DNA of 62,213 nucleotides, filler included, from Squatina squatina (taxonomy: Eukaryota), in assembly GCA_031763465.1 (NCBI GenBank). It is 3 parts of 3 records of this genome, joined end to end, with 100 filler letters (N's around TTAATTAATTAA, not from the genome) between each part and the next. Parts side by side here need not be neighbours in the genome. Positions count along the whole stretch, not along the records: positions 1 to 29,231 come from JARFOE010000068.1; positions 29,332 to 46,490 come from JARFOE010000176.1; 1 more part is not named here. The stretch is one strand, 5' to 3'. Positions 24,152-35,817 of the stretch are shown here, piece after piece. The notes under the pieces were generated by a model. That model saw nothing but the letters and a program-made list of their open reading frames with translations, was not told the origin of the DNA and did not search any database. Each line of letters starts with the position of its first letter. The stretch's first letter is position 1. A program made the position numbers and the translations under genes.

Positions 24152-24667
24152 ATAAAGGCACTATAAGTGAAAGTTGTTAATTTTGCATTGCAGCAACATC
24201 TTAAATAATGCCATATATGTGCACTTTATCAAGTAACAGGATTTGCAGGATTTAAAGAGATGATTGAATATTCAACATGACCATTGTGTCATATCAATCC
24301 GGCCATGTCTAAAGTGTCTAGTATTTGACATTGAGAGAAGTGTTTTGGGATAGAGGAAGGGGCAGGGTCAGAGTTTGTGGTGAAGAGTATTTAGATTTTC
24401 CTTGCCTTTCCAGATGATCTTGAGGTCTTAGGACGATTGACAGCTGAGAAGGCAAGGTGCTACAGAAGTAGGGACTGTTGTCAATAAACAATTACTATGT
24501 TGTATAAAAAGTGCATTATATAACTGGTACGAATTAATGTAAATGATCCATCATTATAGTTTGTCCAAATAAGTTCCTGTATTTGGAATACAGTTCTGTT
24601 TCAGGGATGTGTATCCAACCAGCTTAAAGGTTATCACATCAGATCTAATTTCTTATGTTCCCATTGC

Positions 24668-25592
24668 AGTGTCATCCGAAAGTATAACATCAGGTTCCAT
24701 GTGTACGTGGGTAACACCCAGCTCTACCTTACTGCCACCCCTCTCGATCCCTCCACTGCATCTGATTTGTCACGCTGCTTGTCCGACACCCAGTATTGGA
24801 TGAGCAGAAATTTCCTCCAATTAAGTATTGGGAAGACTGTAACCGTTGCCTTCGATCCCCGCCATGGACTCCATTCCCTAGCCACTGACTCCATCTCTCT
24901 CCCTGGCCATTGTCTGATGCTGAACCAGACTGTTCGTAACCATGGTGTCCTATTTGACCCTGAGCTAAGCTGCTGACCCCATATCTCCATCACCAAGACT
25001 GCCTATTTCCACCCCTGTGACCTCGCTCATCTCCACCCATGTCCCAGCTCATCCTCATTCATGCTTTTGTTACCTCTAGACTCGATTATCCAATGCTCTC
25101 TTGGCTGGCCTCACACCGTGCACCCTCTGTAAACTTGGGCTCATCCAAAACTCCACTGCCCATACTCTAACTCACACCATGTACCGTTCACCCAACGCCC
25201 TTTGTACTTGCTGACCTGTATTGGCTCCCGGCCTGGCAACACCTCAATTTTAAAATCCTCATCCATGTTTTCAAGTCATGCCTCACCCCTCCCGATCTCT
25301 GTAACCTCCTCCAGCTCTACAACCCCCTGATCTCTGCTCATCCATCTGACCTCTTGTGCATCCCCGATTTTTCTCACTCCACCGTTGGACCGTGACTTCA
25401 GCTGCCTAAGCCCTAAGTTCTGAATTTCCATCCATCAGCCTCGCCGCCTCGCTACTTATGTTTCCTCTTTTAAGATGCTCCTTAAAACTTACCTCTGACC
25501 AAGCTTTTGGTCACCTATCTTAATGTCTCCTTATGTAAAGCAGCTTGGGATGGTTTACTATGTTAAAGGCGCTATATAAATGCAAATTATCT
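24668..25592 (+). mobile_element. L2-clade LINE, 5'-truncated 3' portion
   Basis: RFHVYVGNTQLYL (degenerate FHxYADDTQLY), WMSRNFLQL, VRNHGVLFDPELS, IHAFVTSRLDY; ends AAAGGCGCTATATAAATGCAA. Confidence 0.88.
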
Positions 25593-26311
25593 GCTAGTGC
25601 AGTTCTGAAAGAAGGGAATAATTTAAAAATGAAATCTGAGATCTCTGACTGGGGTCATAGCAGTTTGATAAATTACTACCCATGTATCCACCTTTGTCAT
25701 TATAAGGAAACAGATCCATTGACTAATTCAGCAAGCTTTTGAATTTTCTTACAACACTCAGCACCATTTGTGATCAATGAGCTCAATAAATGGAGATAGA
25801 ATATGGCTCATATATCACTGCTTAATGCCTGAGCTGAGAGTCAGTGCTACACATTACACGATAAATAAGAGGTGCATTTGTTTATTGTCTATGATAGTCA
25901 CTGAGTTTTTTCTTGCTTGTAAACAAAGTATGCAACACAGGTTCTATAAAGCCTTTTTTGCAAATAATGAAAATTAGACAGTTGAGATTCCTTTGGAACA
26001 AGGAGCATATAAATCATTTAAGAGCAGCTATAGAGAAGCGCATTGATCAGCTTTGGGAGCAGTGAGAGAGACACACACTGATAGCTGCTCAAGGAAAGCA
26101 GAAGAGCCTGTTATAGGAACATAGGAACAGGAATAGGCCATTCAGCCCCTTGAGCCTGTTCTGCCATTCATTGAGATCATAACTGATCTGTATCTTAACT
26201 CCATCCACCAGNNNNNNNNNNNNNNNNNNNNNNNNNNNNNNNNNNNNNNNNNNNNNNNNNNNNNNNNNNNNNNNNNNNNNNNNNNNNNNNNNNNNNNNNN
26301 NNNNNNNNNNN

Positions 26312-26840
26312 TATTTAAACAGCTGTACTACAGCAAACATTCAAAAGGGACTATCTAAACAGAGCACTACAGCAAACAGTCTACAGAGTCTATTTAAATG
26401 GTGCACTATACCAAAGAGTCTATAGAGACTATTTATACAGTGCACTGCAGCAAACAGTCTACAGAGTCTCTTTAAATAATGCACCACAGCAAAAAGTCTA
26501 GAGTCTATTTAAATAGTGCACTAGAGCAAACAGTCTACAGTCTATTTAAATAGTTCACTGCAGCAAACAGTCAACAGAGTCTAATTAATCAGCTCTACCA
26601 CAGCAAACAGTCCTCAGAGTCTCTGTAAACAGTGTACTGCAGCAAACAGTCTACAGAGTATATTTAAACAGCTGTATAGCAGCAAAATTGCGACAGAATC
26701 TATTTAAACAGAGCACTACAGCAAACAGTCTACAGCATCTATTTAAACAATGCACTGCAGCAAACAATCTACAAATCTATATAAACAGCTGTACTACAGC
26801 AAACAGTCTGCAGAGCCTAATTAAGCAGCACTCTACAGCA
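26312..26840. repeat. 39-40-bp minisatellite, about 13 copies
   Basis: Consensus about TATTTAAACAGTGCACTACAGCAAACAGTCTACAGAGTC; units start at 26312, 26352, 26391. Confidence 0.93.
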
Positions 26841-26940
26841 NNNNNNNNNNNNNNNNNNNNNNNNNNNNNNNNNNNNNNNNNNNNNNNNNNNNNNNNNNNN
26901 NNNNNNNNNNNNNNNNNNNNNNNNNNNNNNNNNNNNNNNN

Positions 26941-27690
26941 GATACCAGAACTGAAAGGTTGGAACTATCAGGAAAGAGTCAGCAAAAGAGAAAAGGCTGA
27001 GGGGTGACCTGATAGCAGGGTGACCAGATCTGAAGATTGAGAAAGCGGGACAATCAGCCTGTGCCTGTGCAGTCAGGGCTCCGTCTCTCACTCCTAGAAA
27101 CCGGAACATCTGAGCAATTTTAAGGTAAGTGTCGGGGCAGTGGGACCTGTCCTGAAAAACTGGGACTGTCCCGGCAAAACTGGGACGTCTGGTCCCCCTA
27201 CCTGATTAGGGTTCTTTAAGATTATGAAAGTTTCCACTTGTGGGGGAGACCAGGACAAGGGGGCCATAAATATAAAAGACAATCACTAATAAATGTAATA
27301 AAGAATTCAGAAGAAAATTCTTTACCCAGAGAGTGGTGAGGACGCGGAACTCGCTCCCACAGGGAGTGGTTGAGGTGAAAAGCACAGATACGCTTAAGGG
27401 GAAGCTCGATAAGCACATGACGGAGAAAAGAATAGAGGGATGTGTCGATAGAATGAGATGAAGAGAGGTGGGAGGCAATGTTTCTGTTAATTTTTTTTTG
27501 GGTGCGTGGCCCATTCAAAAAACCGCATGTGCGTGGTTTTCCCCATTGAAAAGCCGGCGTCCCAGCTGTGCAGGATGGCCAAAGAGCCTAAGGAGAACAC
27601 TGGTGGGAGGAGGCTCGTGTGGAGCATTAAACGCCAGCACGGACCAGTTGGGCCGAATGGCCTGTTTCTGTGCTGTAAAATTCCAAATGC
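26941..27690 (+). mobile_element. CR1-clade LINE 3' region carrying a nested MITE
   Basis: AGGCTGAGGGGTGACCTGATAG...TTTAAGATTATG, then TTCTTTACCCAGAGAGTGGTG and tail GGGCCGAATGGCCTGTTTCTGTGCTGT. Confidence 0.8.
27016..27200. mobile_element. 185-bp hAT-type MITE
   Basis: Ends CAGGGTGACCAGA / TCTGGTCCCCCTA (imperfect TIR); flanks CCTGATAG / CCTGATTAG (near-TSD). Confidence 0.8.
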
Positions 27691-27813
27691 AATTCCAAAA
27701 GAAAATTTGCCCCNNNNNNNNNNNNNNNNNNNNNNNNNNNNNNNNNNNNNNNNNNNNNNNNNNNNNNNNNNNNNNNNNNNNNNNNNNNNNNNNNNNNNNN
27801 NNNNNNNNNNNNN

Positions 27814-28305
27814 AAGAAGCATTGGACGAAAGAGGGTGTTTGTTCTAGGCACTGGATAAAGTGCAAAAAATATTTACAAAGATGATACAAAAACTGAGAG
27901 GCTATATCTATCAGGAAAGACTGAACAGAGAAGGCTGAGGAGTGACCTAATAGAGGTTTTTAAAATTATGGAGGTGTTCAATAGGATAGACGCAGAGAAG
28001 ATGTTTCCACTTGTGGAGGGAGTCCAAAATTAGGGACCATTAAGATAAGGTAGTCACTAATAAATCCAATAAGGAATTCAGGAGAAACCTCTTTACCCGG
28101 AGAGTGGTGAGAATGTGGAACTTGACATGAATAGAATGGATGCATTTAAGAGGAATCTAGATAAGTACATGAGAGAGAAAGGATTTGAAGGATATGCAGG
28201 TAGGTTTAGATAAAGTAGGGTGGGAGAAGGCTTGTGTGGAGCATAAACACCAGCATAGACCAGCTGGACTGAATGGCCTGTTTCTGTGCTGTAAATTCAA
28301 TGTAA
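27814..28305 (+). mobile_element. CR1-clade LINE 3' end
   Basis: Colinear with 8940-9350; tail GAATGGCCTGTTTCTGTGCTGTAAATTC. Confidence 0.85.
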
Positions 28306-28647
28306 TTTTAAATGCTCAGTACAAGTGCAATGAAATGAACTCAATAGTCATTCAGATCAAAGGTATGCCTATTAATGCTATTTAATAGCTGTCACACACA
28401 AATGTGAAGGTGGGATATTCCATCATTATTCTTGAAAGACAAAAATAACCTTGTGCTCCATCCATAATTGATATTTTAATTATAGGTAGAAAATTAGAAA
28501 AGCTTCAGTTGTGGCAAAGCTTTTAAAGAGTAGTTAAAGTATTACATTGCCTTGCTAGCTTTTCTAAATTTGTCATTCAGAACAATCAGGAAGCAAAGCA
28601 GTGAAAGAATCATAGAATGGTTATGGCACAGATGGAGGCCATTCAGC

Positions 28648-28892
28648 TAGGGTGACCAGATTTTCATGATCCTAAACTGGGGTAATTGGCAAATCAGGCA
28701 CCTGATATCCCGTATTTTTGCATAGACCTGACTGCATGCGCAGCCAGGGCTCCAACAAGACTGTGCATGCGCAGTCAGTTCTGTGCATAAAACCGAGACA
28801 TTTGAACCATTTTCAGGTAAGTGTTGTGACACTGGAATATTTCCTGAAAAACCGGGACTATCCCGACAAAACCGGAAGGTCTGGTCATCCTA
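28648..28892. mobile_element. 245-bp hAT-type MITE with perfect 8-bp TSD
   Basis: TIRs TAGGGTGACCAGA / TCTGGTCATCCTA; CATTCAGC at 28640-28647 and 28893-28900; inserted in a minus-strand CR1 tail (about 28608-29000). Confidence 0.9.
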
Positions 28893-29000
28893 CATTCAGC
28901 CCACCAAGCCCGTGCCAGCTCTCTGCAAGAACACTTAAGCTAGTTCCACTCCCCTACCCTTTCCCTATAGCCCTGCAAATTTTTCCCCTTCAAGTACTCA

Positions 29001-29506
29001 GTTGTTATTCGCTCGAGTTTAGAAGAATGAGAGGGGATCTCATTGAAACTCATAAAATTCTGGTGGGACTGCACAGACTAGATGTTCCCGATGGCAGGGG
29101 AATCTAGAACCATGGGTCACAGTCTAAGGATAAGGGGTAAGCCATTTAGGACTAAGATGAGGAGGAATTTCTTCACCCAGAGAGTGGTGAACCTGTGGAA
29201 TTCTCTACCACAGAAGGCAGTTGAGGCCAAANNNNNNNNNNNNNNNNNNNNNNNNNNNNNNNNNNNNNNNNNNNNTTAATTAATTAANNNNNNNNNNNNN
29301 NNNNNNNNNNNNNNNNNNNNNNNNNNNNNNNAAAGGGAGTTAGATGTGGCCCTTACGGCTAGAGGGATCAGTGGGTATGGAGAGTAGCAGGTACGGGGTA
29401 CTGAGTTGCAGGATCAGCCATGATCATATTGAATGGCGGTGCAGGTTTGAAGGGCCGAATGGCCTACTCCTGCGCCTATTTTCTATGTTTCTATGTTTAT
29501 GTTTCT
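29001..29506 (+). mobile_element. CR1-clade LINE 3' end spanning the first linker gap
   Basis: YSLEFRRMRGDLIETHKIL...RRNFFTQRVVNLWNSLPQKAVEAK, with a (TTTCTATG)n tail after the gap. Confidence 0.88.
29276..29287. other. Artificial scaffold linker TTAATTAATTAA
   Basis: Palindromic 12-mer with stops in all six frames, centred in a 44N+12+44N gap; an identical construct lies at 46535. Confidence 0.9.
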
Positions 29507-32500
29507 AATCAAGAAGTATTCTCCATAAATGGATAAATGTGTAAACGGATAGCATTCCAATCTTTAGTTTTATTTTCAGAATGAGGTATTATCACTTTTT
29601 ATGTTGGTCATAACAGAACTTTCCCTCCACAGCTGTTTCAGTATATGGCCGAATATACCACCTAACCATATCACATGAAAAATGCTAGATGATAAGAAAA
29701 ATGGTAACCTTGCTTAAATAGCATTATTTCTTAAGCTACAATAATGTTAAAGTTCTTTAATGATGCATTGTGTGTATGTAACATTAGCTGCTATCGTAGA
29801 GAGCCTTAACTATGTTTCATTGAACATTTTAGAATGGCAGCAAGCCAAAATATATTTAGACTAAGTCCAGATGACACTCCAGTAATGAGGTAATGATTGA
29901 TGACTGCTGTTCTGTTATAAAATCCGCCTTGATGTAGAGAGAATTGCATAGCCATCTGTTCTGCTATGTTTGATCAAATTGCATTCTGGAATCTGATTAG
30001 ATTTATACAGGCTCTCTTTATTTCTGTTTCCAGACAGAGCTATAATTTATAAACATATGCAAGTTAGAATTTTTCAGTTTATTCCGGGAAGCTATTAAAG
30101 AAAAAATGTTTACTTCACTGGCAGAATTTATAGATGTCTTTGGAAAGCAGAAATGTATTTGTTCTGCAAAATGAGCGGTCGGCAAATTGAAACAAAAGAG
30201 AGTGCCTTAATTAAAACCTGCATGTAACAGAGGTGTTTCACAATCANNNNNNNNNNNNNNNNNNNNNNNNNNNNNNNNNNNNNNNNNNNNNNNNNNNNNN
30301 NNNNNNNNNNNNNNNNNNNNNNNNNNNNNNNNNNNNNNNNNNNNNNNNNNNNNNNNNNNNNNNNNNNNNNNNNNNNNNNNNNNNNNNNNNNNNNNNNNNN
30401 NNNNNNNNNNNNNNNNNNNNNNNNNNNNNNNNNNNNNNNNNNNGGTAGTCTAACATGCATTGAGGATAACGAGAAGGAATAATAGTTTTAATGTATTCTT
30501 TCCTTGAACTGTTGAATGAATTAGTCTTTCCATTCGCACTGCAGACATAGAAATCTATAACGCCCTTTAGAAGTGAGCTCAGGACTGACGGCCTGTACTG
30601 TTTCATTCCAGGTCAGGAAATTAAAATTGATCATACTGAACACAGGGGAGTACGTTGTAGTATCAGAGCTCAATCTGGTTAATGAGGATAGGGCATGGCT
30701 TGTGTTCCACTCAACTGTGCACTTGCAGGTTACAAATATTATTGATTGTGAAGGTTCGAGTTTTCTGGGAGGTGGTGTCGCGATCTACACTGTTGCATGA
30801 CTTTAGAGGGGCAGAATCAGTAACTGACTGCAAGTCAGATGGAGGAGTTTCTCCTTACACCTGGGCAGAGGGATTTATGTTTCTGCGAGTAGGACAAACC
30901 CATCACGTAGAAATACTGAATGGAGTTGTGATAGGTTGCTTTATAACAGGTCAAATAACTGCTGCAGGAAAAGAAGGACTTTTAATTACCACCCTTGTTC
31001 AAAGGACTGCTATAAAAAATGCATTAATGACAGGTTTTAGCCTGAAACGTGTGTTGCAGACCAATGTCTGAAACTCTTCAACAATTTAATTTAGTAATTT
31101 GTGGATTTTTAGTGTAGTAAGATAACTAAATTGTATGGCCAGTTTAATATCCATGTGCATTCTCAAAGCAATATNNNNNNNNNNNNNNNNNNNNNNNNNN
31201 NNNNNNNNNNNNNNNNNNNNNNNNNNNNNNNNNNNNNNNNNNNNNNNNNNNNNNNNNNNNNNNNNNNNNNNNNNCCCTGGTGAAGCAGAGCTGCTGGGGA
31301 CACTTAAGTTGAGGTAGAACAGTCTATTGCTGTATAAATAAAAGTAATAGTTTAACAGTAATCATTGTCATAAAGCAGCTTTACAGAATTCAAAATGTAG
31401 TCAAATAGACATGTTAATAAAACAGTAACGCAGACTTGTGTGTGTTTCAGTTTGCTCCAATTGTTTGAATGTAAATTGCGTTCATGATTACACCTCTCAT
31501 GAGATGTTAGGTTTTTCTTTAATTGTAAATGATGCCCATAACACAAAGTTCCTTTGTCATTTAATAAAATAAGCATTCCACCTCAATCTGTCTTTGTTCA
31601 TCACAGTGACTGCAAGTCCACATTAGTCAAACAAATGTGATTACCAGTAAGGTACTCATTAGGCATATGTCACTTTCCATGTGAAGTCAGGAGTCAAATG
31701 CTTTCTANNNNNNNNNNCATCCTGATCCGACTCTGGAAAGCACTAAAACGACTGAATGTGAGACCCAGTCAAAGAATGTATTGCTGTTTGGGCTGGGCTC
31801 CTTGTGGAGTATACCTCCTGTGAGGTGTGAAGCTGGGTTTTAAAAGTGATAAGTCTGGCTGTTGGACTTTCTTGGCACTTTTAAAACTTATTTCAGTCTT
31901 TTTAATGTTAAACATTTACCAGCCAGGGAGTGAAACTCTGGCCGTAAGCATGCATGCAGAGAACACGCATGCATCAAGCACTCCTGAAAGGTAGCAACCT
32001 GTAAGATCAAGGACGTTGCCAGCCAAGATAAATGATCCATAAATTATTCTATAAAGTTGTTTCCTCAGTGGATGCACCAATTTTCAATAGGTTAATAGAT
32101 TTAAAGTGTTAAATTTAAATATGTTAAGCACAATTAGAACAGTCTTTATAGAAAGCTCATGTACGGCTCTAATGCCAGATTCTAAATTGGTTCCCTATTT
32201 GTAACAGATGGTATTTTTATATACATTATATAATATATAAGTGCAGGAAGAAACTAAGGATTAAGTGGAACACCTACAATATATATGCTCCTACGTTATT
32301 TTTAATGTGATACAACTTCACAAATTTATAAATATTAAGGTCTTTTTAGACAATGTATCTCATTTTAATAGAGAAAATAGTCTATACCGATGCTGTGTTG
32401 ATTGGCACTTACAACATCTGCAGACAGTAAAAAGGATTGTGAAAGCACGCTGATCATTCTAAAAATGCAAAGGGCTATACAGAACTCGTACTCAGTGCAT

Positions 32501-32533
32501 AATCATTCAAAGCAGCAATCTGCATTTCCACAG

Positions 32534-32641
32534 GTTTACCAGAGTCAAAGAGAGATCAAATCTTTGAAGGCTTAACAGTGGAGCATGGCTTCTACACATC
32601 TAAGGAATTCCTGCCTCTTGTTTCAAAAGCCAGCAAACCAG
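32534..32641 (+). CDS. DPYD: Dihydropyrimidine dehydrogenase exon (human exon 9 equivalent)
   Basis: CAG| and |GT boundaries, 108 bp; [36 protein letters not shown] versus recalled human [36 protein letters not shown]. Not in the ORF track. Confidence 0.95.
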
Positions 32642-34290
32642 GTTGAATTTTCTGTTTAATTTTAATTCTGGATTTAAATATTACATAGTTTGCTTCATTA
32701 GGAGGGATGTCTGTTCACTATTAAATTTGTTAAAATAATTGAGCAAAAATGAAGTAAGTCAGCTCTTACATGCAATGATAAGAGGCTCGCTAATTCTTAG
32801 ATGAAAACGTATTGGGCCGTAACTTGCGGTCAGTGGCGAAGCAAAGGTGTTCGCTGTTGAACCCGAAGAAAGCTGCCCACAAAGACCTCGTGATCTCTGT
32901 GGCGAGAAGTTTGCCTTTTTCAACTTGCTGTTGAGATCAGTGCAGGGCAGTGGGAATTCCATAGCACGGGCTGCTGTGACGTCGAAGCAGCCAATCACAA
33001 TGCAGAATTCTCAGACAGGAAACCAGGAAGTGAAGAAGCTGCTTTTATTCTGACTTTTTAAAAATGTTACAGCGATCAAAACAAAGATTGGGGGCTCTCA
33101 CATGGGGAAAAGATAAAACTGAANNNNNNNNNNNNNNNNNNNNNNNNNNNNNNNNNNNNNNNNNNNNNNNNNNNNNNNNNNNNNNNNNNNNNNNNNNNNN
33201 NNNNNNNNNNNNNNNNNNNNNNNTTAAAATTAGTTCTTCAGGACTATGCTTAGCAGTCAATACGCTGTTAAAAGCCCAGTTACACCTGATCCAACAAGGT
33301 CTAACTTTTAATGGGGTATTTAACAGCGATATTACCGTGGAGAAGCCCAAGATTACATTAGTTTCACTGATTTGCCTGATTTCACTGATTGCCGACTACG
33401 GGGGCGGGGGTCCACAATGCAGCCTCTGTCAGAGCAGTGAAGGACTGACTGCAGTTTCTGGATTTCTGTGTTAGGATGCGCAAGAGTTAAATCCCGAAGA
33501 TACGCTCATTTTCAAAGGAGGATATAAAAAAGCCAACACTGCTCATTTACTGTTATTGCACATCACAAATTCCAGGCCAATAACAATTGTTTATGAATGA
33601 ATCATCAACAATTTTGATTTTTCTTAATGCAGTTTGTAAATGCCTTTTTGCCATTTATTGTTTTATAATGGGAGAGTGCGTAACATGAACTTGTATGTTG
33701 ACAACTGTTAGCATTAGTAAAGTCTTGCAACCTATGATTGGTCAAATTTCTTTACACCTTAGAACAAATCTATTATAATATTCACAGAAATATATGCTAC
33801 TTAATTGCAATGATGTATGTTCTTAATAAACTGAATTTTTGGCATCAATTTTTTTTTAATAGTCTAACCGTATCGTCCTCAAAAAGTTAGGGCTAACTAA
33901 ATGCATGATCGCATAGTAAAAAGGCATTATGATCACAGACTAATAGTTTTTTTTCTGATTTATTTAGATTTTGAAAGTTTTGAGTGCTTCAGTGTAATGT
34001 ATGTGTTATCTGATGCTGCAATCTAAACCATTCAATGCAGCCTGCAGTCATCCAGAGAAGATAAAATAATAGGCCTCTTTGCTGAGGGTGCTGGGTGTGA
34101 AATTATGGATATGAATACTGTTAAAAAAAGAAATAAAAATGCACTGCAATGAAATAGAATAATTTGACAGTAATATGTCTCATCTCTACCCTCTTATGCA
34201 ATTTTACATTTCTTTAAGTACCTTCCAATGCCTTTGTGATGCCTGACATAAATAGTTTATTTCTAAGAAAATACTTTTTTTTTTCCGCAG

Positions 34291-34460
34291 GTATCTGTGC
34301 CTGTCAGTCTCGTCTGCCATCACTACAAGGCACAGTTATTGTACTTGGTGCTGGAGACACTGCCTTTGACTGTGCTACATCTGCATTACGCTGCGGAGCT
34401 CGCCGTGTGTTTGTGGTTTTTAGAAAAGGATTTACCAATATCAGGGCTGTCCCAGAGGAG
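34291..34460 (+). CDS. DPYD: Dihydropyrimidine dehydrogenase exon (exon 10 equivalent, NADPH-binding motif)
   Basis: 170 bp, AG/GT; [57 protein letters not shown]; phase fits both neighbours. Confidence 0.97.
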
Positions 34461-35606
34461 GTAAAATTCAACAAGCTTTACCGCTCAGGATTTAATACAA
34501 TTGGGCTTGCCAGATGGAGCATAGATTGCAAGGTTTCCATTTATTAAGTTGTGTGGCCTGTCACTCAATATCTCAAGCTCAGCATTAGACAATTTATTTG
34601 TTGTTGGTATAACAGCTGTATTCCAGATCTAATTTTCCTGATGTTTTCCTTTTTCAGCATTTATTAGGCATTTCAAGAAGTTTTGAAACACAGAAAGTAG
34701 GTTATGTGCTGCTAGCTTAATAGCATATTGTCTTAATTAAATAACATGATCATTTATATATAATTATTTTTGCATGCTCCTGTCAGTGTCATAAAACCAA
34801 TAGGGGGCACAATTCAGCTATGTTTTCACCCTGTTAGCACCTCCGAGGGGCACTAACGGGGCGAAAATGCATAAAAATGGCCATCACAACTCCTGGGGAA
34901 TTCCCCTTTGCAACCCGCCTTGGGACTGGCGTGGCAGGTCGGCGTGCGACGTCATTAAAATGCGCACCGACCCTAACCACGCAGTCGCAATCCCCTTTGC
35001 GCCAAACCTGTCGCTGTAATGGGCCTCTTAAAGGGGAGGGCCTAGGCGCTGATGGCCGCCATCTTTATTTATCGTCCAACTCTGTGGTCAGCCGACTGAT
35101 GGTGGCCCTCGCTGGACGAGGCCACCATCCCCTTGTTTGGCACGCCGACNNNNNNNNNNNNNNNNNNNNNNNNNNNNNNNNNNNNNNNNNNNNNNNNNNN
35201 NNNNNNNNNNNNNNNNNNNNNNNNNNNNNNNNNNNNNNNNNNNNNNNNNTTTTCTTTACAAGTTTGTATGTTACATTTTGGAAGGTTTTTTGGATGGAGT
35301 GTATTTATCCAGACACTAGAGGGGGAACTTGGGAGTTTCAGTCGTTGAACAGCGATCACGCTGGCTTCATCAAACTTGTAAGAATCTTCCCAGCAAACAG
35401 TCAGTGGTTAGAAAGTCAAACACAGCAGGAAGAATGATAGTTGGCTCAGAACAAGTCACACTACATTTCTGTAAACTTAGGTTCTGCATGATGTCCATAA
35501 TTTAGAATGCGATGGACATGTTCTACATCACACTAATATTACCACAAAGGTCAAAGTTGTCCTGAGCTTAACAATGCTGTTTTTCACTCTTGTAATTGTC
35601 TATTAG

Positions 35607-35817
35607 ATGGAACTAGCAAAGGAAGAGAAATGCGAGTTTTTACCTTACATGTTACCCAGAAGAATTATTCTGAAAGGTCAGCACATTTCTGCAATTGAGT
35701 TTGTTCGTACAGAGCAGAATGACGCTGGGGATTGGATTGAAGATGAAGACCAAGTTATTCGCTTAAAAGCAAATGTTGTCATCAGTGCATTTGGCTCCAT
35801 TCTCTGCAATTCTTCAG
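35607..35817 (+). CDS. DPYD: Dihydropyrimidine dehydrogenase exon (exon 11 equivalent)
   Basis: 211 bp, TAG| and |GTAAG; [24 protein letters not shown]...[34 protein letters not shown]. Confidence 0.97.
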
